Of a stretch of DNA of 64,000 nucleotides, positions 29,889 through 40,688 are shown piece after piece (the stretch's first letter is position 1; the number at the start of each line of letters is the position of its first letter). The notes under the pieces were generated by a model, which was given only the letters and a program-made list of their open reading frames with translations, was not told the origin of the DNA and ran no database searches. The translations under genes and the position numbers were made by a program. Location: IMG/VR virus record IMGVR_UViG_3300017917_004503, positions 87,374-151,373 of that record; one strand, written 5' to 3'. Source of the DNA: a virus.

Positions 29889-32800
29889 ATGGCAGGAACG
29901 CAAAATTCGATTAGTTCATTAGTAGCACAGTTTCTAAGGCTACAGAAAAATTCCTTGGAAATTACAAACGGCTTGAATGAGGTAGCAGTTTCAACTAACG
30001 AAACTGTTTCTATTGAAGTTTTGGATGAGCAAGGATTACCCAAGACAGTAAATATTCCTTCTTATGGGTACATAAGAGGAGAAATCCAAAGAATAGACAA
30101 CAACATAAGATCTTTAGCTGGAATAGGCGAAACCTATTCGACTGTAAGAAATGCCGATGGTACATATTCTCAAGTTTTTAAAGCCGAACCTCTTAAAGAG
30201 CCAGTAAGAATAACAAATCTGGTTGTACCTAGTACATTTGATGTTAAGGATAATTGGTTTTTTGAAAGCTTTCTGAGTCCTCTGCTTTATGTGAATGTTG
30301 ATGTGACTGGTCAAATACCAGAGGCATCTGACAGAATAGTAGTTAAAAGAATTATTGCAAATACTACTACCGATCAACAAAAGTTTTATTTTGATCAAAA
30401 TTTAAAAGGCAGAAACGATCTATCTTATGATGAATTCATTAATATTCTAAATGATCAAGGCATAGGATATTTTACAGATGAAGATATCGAACAACTTCCT
30501 CTCAGAACTATCAGGTATGTAGGTTCTTTTAGCGTTCTTTCATACTACGACGATGTCGTAAATTTAATAGATGCAAACGGTAATCCTTATCAGGAGACAA
30601 GAAGAAACTATAAACTTGATAAATTAACATATACTGATACCCTAAGCAATATTATAGATGGTAGATCCTTGAATGTTGGTGATAAAATATCAACACAAGA
30701 TGGTTCACAATATCAAGTTACTAAAGTTGATAACGATCAAGCTTCAATTCAGGCTAAACTCGTTTCTGGATTCCAACCAATTTTGCTCGGAGCAGATACT
30801 TTACAAATTTCTTCTACTGACTTTGGACCAAGATACGTTCAGGTTAATGTTGGGTATGATGAAAGACAAGGTGTGTTTTTTAAACCTATAGATGACAATT
30901 TTAACATCGTAGCTGCAATATGGTCTACTGGTATTATATTTTGGAGTAGTGAACTTAGAACCAAAAATCAAAACGGAGAAGTAGTAACTCTAGAAAATTA
31001 TTATCTAACAGAGGTAGCTGATCTTGGTAAAATATTTTTAGGAGCAGCAAAAGAAAAGAAAGTTCCTGCAATAGAAGGGATAAAGCCGGAAGCTCCGGTT
31101 GTGACACAAGATAGTTTTAAGGTAGTACAGATAAACAAACAGGTTACAGATTCTGTTCCTATATCCGTTATAACGGACAAACTTTCTGCTAAAACAGCTT
31201 TACAAAGCGAAATACAATCATTAGATAATGCAATCAATCAATCTAGATTGCAGTTAAATACTGGCTTGGCTATAACAAATCAAGGAGCAGTAACTCTCAC
31301 AAACGTTAGCGATAGTCCAATACTAGGTGCTAATCTAACACCGAATTCGGTAGTTTCTCAGAGAAATACTCCTATTGGTGTTAATACCGAATCAGTTAAA
31401 GCCAACTTAAATAATCTAATAGATCAAAGGATAAAAAAGGTTGAACTCTATGGATCTCTTGTATCTGAAGTTAAAACCCTAACTCAAGACGTACCTCAAA
31501 TAGTAACTCCGCCTAAATATAGAGTAAGAGGATTTTGGCCATTCCCAACCCCTAAAATTAGTCCTTCTACTGGACTACAGCAAGTGATCCAATTTTCGGT
31601 TCGATATAGATACCTTAGCGATAGTGGAGCAGCTCAACCTTCTGAACAGATTGATTTTACTGATAATAACGGATCTAGAAAAAACGCAGCCTTTTCAAAC
31701 TGGACTGAGTATAAAACTGACATTAGAAAAAAGGTTTACGATTCTAACACCGGAACTTATGTTTGGGCTCCTGAAGATACCTCTGATGCAAATGTTCAAA
31801 ATATAAATCAGCTTGATATTGCTATCACTAAAGGTGAAAGATTAGAAATTCAAATAGCATCGATTTCTGAAGCTGGATGGCCAGACAATCCTATCATGTC
31901 TGATTATTCCCCTTCTGTTATAGTTTCTTTCCCTGATAGCTTAAGTGTGAATGGAATATCTCCTGCTTTGCAGACTAACCTTGAAGATTCTGCAGTAGTA
32001 AAAGTTCAAAGTAATTTGAATGCACAAGGATTACCTATCCATTTATCACAACAGTTCGTTTCTGGAGATAAAACATATTTTCACGATTCTAACGGTATAG
32101 CCAGTGGATTCTACACCAATACTGGATCAGTGATAAATTTATTCGACAAGCTTATAGATTTACAGAATCAAATTACACAGCTAAGATCTCAAATCGAGCA
32201 GGCTAAAGGTATCCTCGAAGTTTATATTATCGATTCTAATAACAATAAAATCAAGGTTTCGAGAGGTTCTACGATTAAACTGAATGCTGGATTTTATAAT
32301 GAAATCTTTACCAATCCTTTAACATCGGATGCTGGTAAGATTGCTTCTATTACATATAGTATTCAACTTTACAATCCTCAGGCTTCTCCTGTTGAATTAG
32401 CATCCACAGTTCCTGGAGGACTTGAGACTAGAGTCCCAACAGATCTGACAACAATAAGCGGATATAGCACTAATTTAAGGTATGGAGATGGACCTATTTC
32501 ATTAACCTCAATAGTTCCAACTGATGTTACAGCTTCAACAAGCTTCATACAGGCCCCACCTTATGCTTCTTGTTCTGCTTTTTCACAGTTCATCTATCCT
32601 CGATACAGAAATGTTGGATTCAATCAAGTTTTATATAATAACAATCAGACTGATCTGTCTCAATATTTCACGAACACTTATAGTAATTCCTATACATACA
32701 ATGGTCAATCAGCATCACAGCAAATTAATTTTGGTGTAGCTGGAACATACCCTCAGAATGGACAGATATTCACTCCTTATGATCCTACACTGTACAGTGA

Positions 32801-33533
32801 CTATCTAACAGTAACAGGCGGAACTGCAGCTGCTGTTTGGAACGGAACGTTTACCTCAGGTACAGGAGGAACTGCTAATGGTAGCGGATATCTTTCTGAA
32901 TTCTGTATCCATACGAGCCATCCTTATTTAGTTTCTATTGGATCTAGTTATTCTTTTACTAACTATCCTGATTTGGTAAAACCTTATAATGCAAGTGGAG
33001 TAACTTATGCACCATTCAGACATACCCAAACATTCTGGGGTGATACAAGTTTATCTGTTTACTGGGTTCAACAATCTTTTAGGGAGGTAACTCAAACTTT
33101 CCCTACTGGAGCAACTGCATCAAGAAATGATAGAATGTATCCAGATAAATTAGGGTTTTCTTCAAATGATGAATATCTAATTGGTAAATTCTCTTGTGGT
33201 GCATATTTATATTTAGGACCAGTAACTTTAAGTGCTGTTCAAGTTCCTGGTACAACTGCGATGAGTATTAGATTCCTCGGTGACGGAGATAGCAATGCGA
33301 TAAACGTCCCTCTTATTTACCAATTTAGAGCCGTTGATAAATTAGGGTATATTGGTGGTTGGAGAAAGGCAGGAAACCTTTCTAACATCACGTATACAAA
33401 GAAGATTGGAATTGACATCCAGGTTAAGGGCGAAGATATATTCTCATTCGATGTTCAGGTAACAGGAGCATACCAAAATGATACGTTAGTTGCACCTAAT
33501 TTCGATAGTGGAGTAAAGGCGCTAAATTTTTAA
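29889..33533 (+). CDS. large virion structural protein
   Basis: 1214 aa with coiled coils and an Fn3-like segment; structural cluster. Confidence 0.55.
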   Translation: MAGTQNSISSLVAQFLRLQKNSLEITNGLNEVAVSTNETVSIEVLDEQGLPKTVNIPSYGYIRGEIQRIDNNIRSLAGIGETYSTVRNADGTYSQVFKAEPLKEPVRITNLVVPSTFDVKDNWFFESFLSPLLYVNVDVTGQIPEASDRIVVKRIIANTTTDQQKFYFDQNLKGRNDLSYDEFINILNDQGIGYFTDEDIEQLPLRTIRYVGSFSVLSYYDDVVNLIDANGNPYQETRRNYKLDKLTYTDTLSNIIDGRSLNVGDKISTQDGSQYQVTKVDNDQASIQAKLVSGFQPILLGADTLQISSTDFGPRYVQVNVGYDERQGVFFKPIDDNFNIVAAIWSTGIIFWSSELRTKNQNGEVVTLENYYLTEVADLGKIFLGAAKEKKVPAIEGIKPEAPVVTQDSFKVVQINKQVTDSVPISVITDKLSAKTALQSEIQSLDNAINQSRLQLNTGLAITNQGAVTLTNVSDSPILGANLTPNSVVSQRNTPIGVNTESVKANLNNLIDQRIKKVELYGSLVSEVKTLTQDVPQIVTPPKYRVRGFWPFPTPKISPSTGLQQVIQFSVRYRYLSDSGAAQPSEQIDFTDNNGSRKNAAFSNWTEYKTDIRKKVYDSNTGTYVWAPEDTSDANVQNINQLDIAITKGERLEIQIASISEAGWPDNPIMSDYSPSVIVSFPDSLSVNGISPALQTNLEDSAVVKVQSNLNAQGLPIHLSQQFVSGDKTYFHDSNGIASGFYTNTGSVINLFDKLIDLQNQITQLRSQIEQAKGILEVYIIDSNNNKIKVSRGSTIKLNAGFYNEIFTNPLTSDAGKIASITYSIQLYNPQASPVELASTVPGGLETRVPTDLTTISGYSTNLRYGDGPISLTSIVPTDVTASTSFIQAPPYASCSAFSQFIYPRYRNVGFNQVLYNNNQTDLSQYFTNTYSNSYTYNGQSASQQINFGVAGTYPQNGQIFTPYDPTLYSDYLTVTGGTAAAVWNGTFTSGTGGTANGSGYLSEFCIHTSHPYLVSIGSSYSFTNYPDLVKPYNASGVTYAPFRHTQTFWGDTSLSVYWVQQSFREVTQTFPTGATASRNDRMYPDKLGFSSNDEYLIGKFSCGAYLYLGPVTLSAVQVPGTTAMSIRFLGDGDSNAINVPLIYQFRAVDKLGYIGGWRKAGNLSNITYTKKIGIDIQVKGEDIFSFDVQVTGAYQNDTLVAPNFDSGVKALNF

Positions 33534-33556
33534 TAAAATAAACTTGAGCTTCAAAT

Positions 33557-36500
33557 ATGTCTCAATCAAAGCTTTTCGATTATAATTCTTCTTTTTCTGT
33601 AATCAGAACGAATCCTAAACTTGCCGGTAATTTTAAAATAACGGTCGATTCTGATGGCGGGGTTTGGTTTAATTCAATGAATGTTAATCCTATTCTCTCA
33701 CAGGATAAGTACAAAAAATTCAATATCTCTGGTGACAATACTTATGCTTCAGATATTAACAAGTTTTTCGATGAAGGTAAGTTATCATCAGATATAATCT
33801 TTCAGGTTGGTAAATTTACTGATGGTGAAAATCAATCGGCTCAGCAGTTTGCCGAACAGTATGATTTTTTTTATGCTAGTGGTGCTCAGGCCTTAATAGA
33901 TAAAAATTACGGGGAAGATTTTAGTTATTTTGCACCTTTGTGGGTTAAGAATGAAATCCCAGATTTCTTTGTAATCTTTAAAGTCTCTGATCCTTTAGAT
34001 TATCCTTATTCTCAAAATGTAACCGATATCCAAGAAAATCTTAATTACATAGTTATCCAAGATTATACTTCTACTGAAAACTTTGTAGTTTCATACGGAA
34101 AAGATTCTGCAGGTAATGATTTATTTTTTGGCAATGGAGAGGTTTTTCAAGGAAAGATTAATCTTTCATCATATCAAATAATTAGTGGAACCGGTAAGGT
34201 TGCAGTTTATGATGAGTTATATTACCTACCGGACGTCAATGACATTTCTTCTACTTTTACACAAAAGATTCTTAATAAAGCAACTGTTATAAAAACATTC
34301 GATCTGAGAGAAAATACAAAAATTGGTAATTATATCAGATCTATTTTCAATAACCCTGGTTTTTCTAAATCTCCTCTTGAGGTTAGTTGGGGATATGATT
34401 CTTATACTTATTTTAAAGGTGCCAGCATTACTGAAGGAGTATACACAAAAAAAGGTGAGCTTCTAAATGACTACTTTTCAACATCTGCATCAGATGGTAT
34501 GATAGATTTTGAGGATTACTTAACTTCTGGATTTTCTAGAAATAATATAGTCTGTCCTAATTTATTAAATTTAGAATTTCTTTTTAATGACGATGAATCT
34601 GAACTGTATACGATTAATAGATACCTTGGATTTTATGTTTCTCGAAACGATGTTGCTCAATTTAGAATGAATGGTCAATTCTTCTACGAATTTAGAAACC
34701 TTGAAGGGAATGATAATCTACCTAAACCAACAAGAAATGATTTTGGATACTATTACAACAACTATTCTAAAATTTTCGGTGCAACTTCTGGAATTAGATT
34801 GTTTTATGAAAACGCAACAGGATTTTTGCCTGGATCAAATAACGTCAATTTGTTAGATTCAGATAAACTCTTTTATGTTACTGATAAAAATGACAACTTC
34901 TACAGTCTTAAAAGATCTGAAAGTTATGTCGTATCTGGTGTTACTGGTCCTGAATATTCTTATGGACCTTATGACTACTCATTAGGTTCATTCTCAGCTA
35001 CAGGATCAACTGGTGCAACTTCTGGATCAATTGTAATTCAGAATACAACAGCTAACATAAATTGGTTTACTGGTACAGATGATAAGGTAGCAACAATACT
35101 TGGTTCTAGGCCAGATTCTGCTGGTAGATCTTATATAGAGATTAAATTTTTAGAAAACTATAACGAGACCCAGCCTTTAACCCTAAAATTGTATTGGCCA
35201 AACGGATCCCAAAAAGAAGGACCTAGAAAGTTTGATATTATTAGAAGCGGTGATTTTTCTTCAATTTTAATCTGGACAGCTGGATCGTATTATTCAACTG
35301 GAAATTCTTATTATTTCAACGCTTCTACCGGAACAACATTCGAAGTAGCTGATGCTTTAGCTTCTGTTATAAAAGATTTAGATCAAGTAACAATAGATAG
35401 CGGACAAAATGAAAATTCTTCGATAATAAGGGTTAAAAATCCCGGGACATTCGGTAACGAATCTTATTCTCTATCGGTTTTTGATGATTATGATTCTTTT
35501 AAGAGTAAATTCAAAGGGACATGGAACAATACAACATCATATTTATTAGGCGATATTGTAAATTATTTAGGTAATTATTATGAAGCTTTATCTTCTGTTG
35601 TTCCACCTACTGGAGGTACGACAACGTCTCCTGATTCTAATGCTTCTTGGTCTACATATTATACTTTCTCGACATCTGGATTAATAGAGATTAATGGTAT
35701 AGATGCTTCTTTACTTAATCAGGACGTCAACTTTATAGGTGGCACACAAACAAGTAATACCAGGATAATATTTTCAGCAGAAAGAAAAGATCAGGTTCAG
35801 ATCGGTAATTATATAAAAACAAACTCAGGCTATTCTAGAATCGATAGCGTAACCAAATATGTTGATGATGCTATATTAGATGCAAATAATCAAGTTGTTG
35901 GATTTGATAATTTTTCGTATTGGTTAGTTGCTAATGTAGAGGATAATAATAGTATTATTGAATTAGGTTCGAATCAATCTTTTAACGTTTATCAATATGC
36001 ACAATCATCGTTGGGTGTATTCACATTCTTTGATGTAAAAGAATTTGATTTTGATTTCTGGAGTTCTAATTATAACTACACTCCAAACCCTGAAACCTAT
36101 AAATATTTTCAAATCCAGGCTAATACGGAGGGAGTTATTGAACCAAATATACCTTATTTTGTAAAGCGTGGACAAATAAGTTATGGTGGAAATATCTATA
36201 ATCAAGGTAATTTATTTTACGGTGTAACAGGATACACATCCTTTGAAGTTTCAGATCCTAGCTTAAATACTCCTTTCGATCAAATTCTTTCTGCCCAATC
36301 TAATTTTGCGACATCTCAGCAAATCTCAGTTTCTTCTAATGTTGTAGTTTTTCCAGCTCAGTATTCTGATGTTATTTATAATTCTTCCACTACTTCATAC
36401 GATAACATTGGTTATCAGACTGATATGAATTCATTTAATGGATTCATTGGAATACAGGGTATTTTATTGGATCCACAAAATATAGACCCAACTAAGGAAG

Positions 36501-39106
36501 AAATTTTTGCTTATGGTAAGTTGAAAACTGAATACGAATACTTAAAAGAGAACTTCACAGTACAAAGATCGAATATATCAAGAATTGTACCTTATATTAA
36601 CAAATGGGGTTCTTCTATAGGGACTGATTCGAGAGGAAATAGATATAGACTGAACATTAGTCCAGCTTTTTCACCTACCAATTTTTCTCCAAGTTTTGAA
36701 AAGATAACACCAGATCCCAAATATCTAACACACGAATGGTTTTTACTTGAAACACCTCCTAGATATTTTCCTCTGGATTATATGAATGAACAAAACAGCT
36801 ATCTATCGGGTCCCATAGATCTGGATAGAGCAAGAAGTGTAGATCCGAATGATAATCTTTACCTTTCTTCTTATTTTACAGTCGAACCCGAAGACTATGA
36901 AGCTGCCTTTAGAGATACCAGTAATTACACCAAAGAGTTCTTTACTAATTTTCAGTTTAATCAAGCTTCAGGTTATTATGAAACTATATTTAGAGGATGT
37001 AAGATAGTTTTAAAGAAAAGATCTGATGTTGTTACGGAGGGATTGGAAGAATCAGACCGATATATCAGAGGATATAGAGGATATGAGGATTATAAATTTG
37101 CTGCACTATTGAGAGCAGTGGAAGAAGATGACACAACTATACAATCACCTGTCAAATACCAAGTGATAGAAAACACTGAACAAAAATTTGTTTTATTCGT
37201 TTGTGATATAGTTATCAGAGAGCAGAGGGCTTTTGATTTAGGTGTTACTGGTCCTACCGGATTAACGGGTCCAAACCCAACCATAGATTACACGTTCTTA
37301 TACTCTGTAGATTCTAAATTGAAAGCTGTAAATCCTCCGCAAAACGGACAGGCTTTCACCAGTGTTGATGATATCAAATTGAGTTGCTCTTTAGATCTTT
37401 CTTTAGGCTCTTCTAGCTTTGTTAATGAAACTAGCAGTCCTGGTATAATAAACATATACAGAAATCCTGAATATGAAACAGATCTAAGAGAAGAAATTCA
37501 TGTTTTTTATGTTGAAAATTCATCAGGATCAACCGGAGGTCCTAGCTCAACTGGTAAAGCAAGTTTTACTGTACCTTCTATTTCAAGCACATATCCTTGG
37601 CCTACTGGAGTTGGCCCAAGTTATGTTGAGTTTGGAAAGGTTGCAACGGCTTCAAATTATGTGTTCTCTATTCCTTTTTCTCTAGTGACCCCTAATATAG
37701 TTCCTATTGGTCCTTCTTCTGTATATAGAAATAAACCAGTTTTCCAGAAAGAGGGTGGGGATTCTTATTATAAATCTTTATTAGGAAGAATTTCGGTAGC
37801 TTACATTTCGGATAAATTTAATAGAAGCTCTCCGTATATTTCTTATACAACTTACGATTTAGACAACCAAACTGGACAAGAAGTTATAACATCAAATAAC
37901 TTTGAACTGTATTTTGAAAAACCTACTAAGATTACTAAAATTACTGGAAGTACTCCCGTTGTATCCTTTAATGGACCTCAGATATTAAGAGGTTCTAGAA
38001 GTATAACTGGATATAACATTATCCAAAATAACAGATCTATTCCTTCTATTATGATTAGATATTCTGGAGACTATGAACCTTTGACCAGAAAGATAATCTA
38101 CTTTGATAAGGATAAATCCGATACTTTAATTGGGTCTAATAATGTTGATTTGTCTTTTAGAAATTGCAACTTTGCACCTAATAAAAAATATTTTGGAGTA
38201 TCTAGAAATTTAAATTACACCAAGGTTTCTTTGGGTAATAATATATTATCTTCTGCTACTAAATTTCCAGAAGGTGCTAGATACCCTTACATAGGTATAA
38301 CACCAATCTCTTATAAAGACTTTAATTTATTTTCTTCATCTTGGGATCCTGGATATTATAATAGATATGATTCTGCAACTAGAATGAGAAAAGTGGCAGG
38401 AACAAGAAGCATGAAAGAATTTAAAACTTTCTTTGGTTCTAAGATAATGCAAACTCCTGATCCTGTTTCTGTAAATAATTATATTACACTTCAAGTTTCT
38501 AGAACTTCTGGTGATAGTAGGGTAAGCGTTTTAAATGATCAGATACTTTCTTCTGTTAAGACCATTCAAGAGATAAATAAAAACAATTCAGGAACCGGTA
38601 TTGGATCTTTTGGACCATATCTTTCAAGCGTTGATTATAACAAGCTAGATCAAGCAATTTTTCCAAACGTTGAAATTTTTTGGCAATGGTTTGAAAATGA
38701 GAGAAAGATTAAAGGAGTAATTAGGCTAGATAGAATGCTAAGAAGATTCCTTTTAAATAGTGGTATAAAACAAGTTTTTGTTGATAATATGATAACTGAA
38801 TTTGGTGTTGGAAATCCCAAATCAATTAACGATGATGTTAATGAGTATATCGATTTAAACGTGAATCCTATTTATCAAGGAGATGTGTTTAATTTATATG
38901 TAAAGAAAACTGCCTCTGAGACAATTCCTACCATTCAGATAGTTAGAGGAGATATAGCCACTGTGGATAAATATAAGATGGAATATTTCGAGGATACGAA
39001 CTATAAATTAACTAAGCAGAGTAACCTCATTTATGAATTCGAGTATTCGACTGAGTCTAATTTTTATTACTCGATTTTGTTTAATTTCAGAATAACCAAA
39101 ATTTAA
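33557..39106 (+). CDS. very large virion structural protein with a CBM5/12-like insert
   Basis: 1849 aa; WNNTTSYLLGDIVNYLGNYYEA...PDSNASW insert. Confidence 0.55.
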   Translation: MSQSKLFDYNSSFSVIRTNPKLAGNFKITVDSDGGVWFNSMNVNPILSQDKYKKFNISGDNTYASDINKFFDEGKLSSDIIFQVGKFTDGENQSAQQFAEQYDFFYASGAQALIDKNYGEDFSYFAPLWVKNEIPDFFVIFKVSDPLDYPYSQNVTDIQENLNYIVIQDYTSTENFVVSYGKDSAGNDLFFGNGEVFQGKINLSSYQIISGTGKVAVYDELYYLPDVNDISSTFTQKILNKATVIKTFDLRENTKIGNYIRSIFNNPGFSKSPLEVSWGYDSYTYFKGASITEGVYTKKGELLNDYFSTSASDGMIDFEDYLTSGFSRNNIVCPNLLNLEFLFNDDESELYTINRYLGFYVSRNDVAQFRMNGQFFYEFRNLEGNDNLPKPTRNDFGYYYNNYSKIFGATSGIRLFYENATGFLPGSNNVNLLDSDKLFYVTDKNDNFYSLKRSESYVVSGVTGPEYSYGPYDYSLGSFSATGSTGATSGSIVIQNTTANINWFTGTDDKVATILGSRPDSAGRSYIEIKFLENYNETQPLTLKLYWPNGSQKEGPRKFDIIRSGDFSSILIWTAGSYYSTGNSYYFNASTGTTFEVADALASVIKDLDQVTIDSGQNENSSIIRVKNPGTFGNESYSLSVFDDYDSFKSKFKGTWNNTTSYLLGDIVNYLGNYYEALSSVVPPTGGTTTSPDSNASWSTYYTFSTSGLIEINGIDASLLNQDVNFIGGTQTSNTRIIFSAERKDQVQIGNYIKTNSGYSRIDSVTKYVDDAILDANNQVVGFDNFSYWLVANVEDNNSIIELGSNQSFNVYQYAQSSLGVFTFFDVKEFDFDFWSSNYNYTPNPETYKYFQIQANTEGVIEPNIPYFVKRGQISYGGNIYNQGNLFYGVTGYTSFEVSDPSLNTPFDQILSAQSNFATSQQISVSSNVVVFPAQYSDVIYNSSTTSYDNIGYQTDMNSFNGFIGIQGILLDPQNIDPTKEEIFAYGKLKTEYEYLKENFTVQRSNISRIVPYINKWGSSIGTDSRGNRYRLNISPAFSPTNFSPSFEKITPDPKYLTHEWFLLETPPRYFPLDYMNEQNSYLSGPIDLDRARSVDPNDNLYLSSYFTVEPEDYEAAFRDTSNYTKEFFTNFQFNQASGYYETIFRGCKIVLKKRSDVVTEGLEESDRYIRGYRGYEDYKFAALLRAVEEDDTTIQSPVKYQVIENTEQKFVLFVCDIVIREQRAFDLGVTGPTGLTGPNPTIDYTFLYSVDSKLKAVNPPQNGQAFTSVDDIKLSCSLDLSLGSSSFVNETSSPGIINIYRNPEYETDLREEIHVFYVENSSGSTGGPSSTGKASFTVPSISSTYPWPTGVGPSYVEFGKVATASNYVFSIPFSLVTPNIVPIGPSSVYRNKPVFQKEGGDSYYKSLLGRISVAYISDKFNRSSPYISYTTYDLDNQTGQEVITSNNFELYFEKPTKITKITGSTPVVSFNGPQILRGSRSITGYNIIQNNRSIPSIMIRYSGDYEPLTRKIIYFDKDKSDTLIGSNNVDLSFRNCNFAPNKKYFGVSRNLNYTKVSLGNNILSSATKFPEGARYPYIGITPISYKDFNLFSSSWDPGYYNRYDSATRMRKVAGTRSMKEFKTFFGSKIMQTPDPVSVNNYITLQVSRTSGDSRVSVLNDQILSSVKTIQEINKNNSGTGIGSFGPYLSSVDYNKLDQAIFPNVEIFWQWFENERKIKGVIRLDRMLRRFLLNSGIKQVFVDNMITEFGVGNPKSINDDVNEYIDLNVNPIYQGDVFNLYVKKTASETIPTIQIVRGDIATVDKYKMEYFEDTNYKLTKQSNLIYEFEYSTESNFYYSILFNFRITKI

Positions 39107-39108
39107 AA

Positions 39109-40659
39109 ATGCCAAGTACTAATATACAAACAATTTTATATTCTGATAATACAGATCAGACCATAGACAAGCTCAATAATAATTTCGATGAAATTGTTGA
39201 GCTTCATGGAGGTACTATAGGTACTATAGGTCCAACTGGAAGTCCAGGTGCTCTAGGAGAAAGAGGAATCCCAGGATCAACCGGAATATCTGGACCAAGA
39301 GGAACAAGATGGTTTATTTCAACATCTGCTCCTGCAGGACCTGCTCAGGAGGGAGATTATTGGATAGATTCGGATTCCAGTCAAATATACCAATTATATT
39401 CTTCCGGCTGGATATTTACAGGTTTTAATGTTAATATTTCGGGTGATCTATTTCAATCTATACTTACACAGCTTCCACCCTCTTCCGGATATGCTGGAGG
39501 GACTGGAATATCTGTAGGAATGGATCAGGTGTTACCTAATAATTATCTATACACTTTAAGTGACGTAACACCCGAATTTGGTATAACCAACCAAACTTTG
39601 TCGAAATTTCTAATCGCAACAAATTCTACAGAGAATGATGCTCCGCTTTTAGAATTTTCTAAAAGTAATGTTGAAAGTGGACAGATCTCTGATTATTCTA
39701 AACATCCTGTTTTTACGTGGCCGAATGTTAATCCCTCTGATAATTCTTTAGAGTTAACAGTTCCAGGAGGGAGTTTTTCAATGGGTCTTTCTGGAGGAAC
39801 GAAAGCCGGATTTAATAATTTTAGTCTGGATTCTCAGGGACCAATTGTAATTGATTATGGAGCTACTTCATCAAGTGGAATATACTCTACTGGAGGTTTT
39901 TCTTTCGATGCTTCTTCTGGAAGATTTAATATCACTAGCCAATTTTTAAGAATACTTGGTGGATCCGGAGAATTTAGAAATCCAATTTCTTCTACAGCAA
40001 CACTAAATGAAAGCAATCCATCGGTTACTGTTTCGATAGGAGGAACCTCCGGATTATTAAGCACGAGATCTGGTGATTCTCATTCAACTATTTCGCATAA
40101 CGTTAATCACATTTCATTAGAAACAACGTCATCGACACAATTTTCGCTTAACACAAAAGGTAAGCTAACTACAAAAAAGACAGTAGAGGGTATAACGTAC
40201 GCAAGTCAAACTCCCGGTGTTACTGGTACAGTGAGTGCAGATTTCGTTAACTGGTATCTAATATCCAAACCTGGATCTTCAGTTTCTTCTTCAGTTCTTA
40301 GCAATGGTAATACCATGATTATAAGTCCTTCTGTTTCAAGTGGAAAAATTGGGGTTGGATTTTACACAAATCCATCTGATTATTTTGGATGGGGTAGCAC
40401 AGCAGGCGTCTTAGCTGGTGAGTCGATGGATGTGAAAGTTTTTCTTTCTTCTGAGAACTTTTCTCAAACATACGGCGGAATAAGCTATCTTGGCGTTGGA
40501 GCTACTTCTGGATCAATAGTCAATAAGGTTTCTTTGCCTTTTAGGGCTTCTGCAATAGATTTTACTATAGCCAAAGGAGTTACCGGTGGACAGGTTACCA
40601 CTGTGTATTATACAGCTTACGGAATAACTGGAGGATCAGGGGGATCTTTTACTTTCTGA
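39109..40659 (+). CDS. collagen-segment tail fibre protein, paralog 1
   Basis: KLNNNFDEI, 10 G-X-Y triplets, GDYWID. Confidence 0.65.
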   Translation: MPSTNIQTILYSDNTDQTIDKLNNNFDEIVELHGGTIGTIGPTGSPGALGERGIPGSTGISGPRGTRWFISTSAPAGPAQEGDYWIDSDSSQIYQLYSSGWIFTGFNVNISGDLFQSILTQLPPSSGYAGGTGISVGMDQVLPNNYLYTLSDVTPEFGITNQTLSKFLIATNSTENDAPLLEFSKSNVESGQISDYSKHPVFTWPNVNPSDNSLELTVPGGSFSMGLSGGTKAGFNNFSLDSQGPIVIDYGATSSSGIYSTGGFSFDASSGRFNITSQFLRILGGSGEFRNPISSTATLNESNPSVTVSIGGTSGLLSTRSGDSHSTISHNVNHISLETTSSTQFSLNTKGKLTTKKTVEGITYASQTPGVTGTVSADFVNWYLISKPGSSVSSSVLSNGNTMIISPSVSSGKIGVGFYTNPSDYFGWGSTAGVLAGESMDVKVFLSSENFSQTYGGISYLGVGATSGSIVNKVSLPFRASAIDFTIAKGVTGGQVTTVYYTAYGITGGSGGSFTF

Positions 40660-40665
40660 TATATA
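40658..40665 (+). promoter_or_regulatory. putative late promoter GATATATA
   Basis: Recurrent motif overlapping the upstream stop codon. Confidence 0.45.
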
Positions 40666-40688
40666 CTTAAAGATCAAGATTCTATAAA

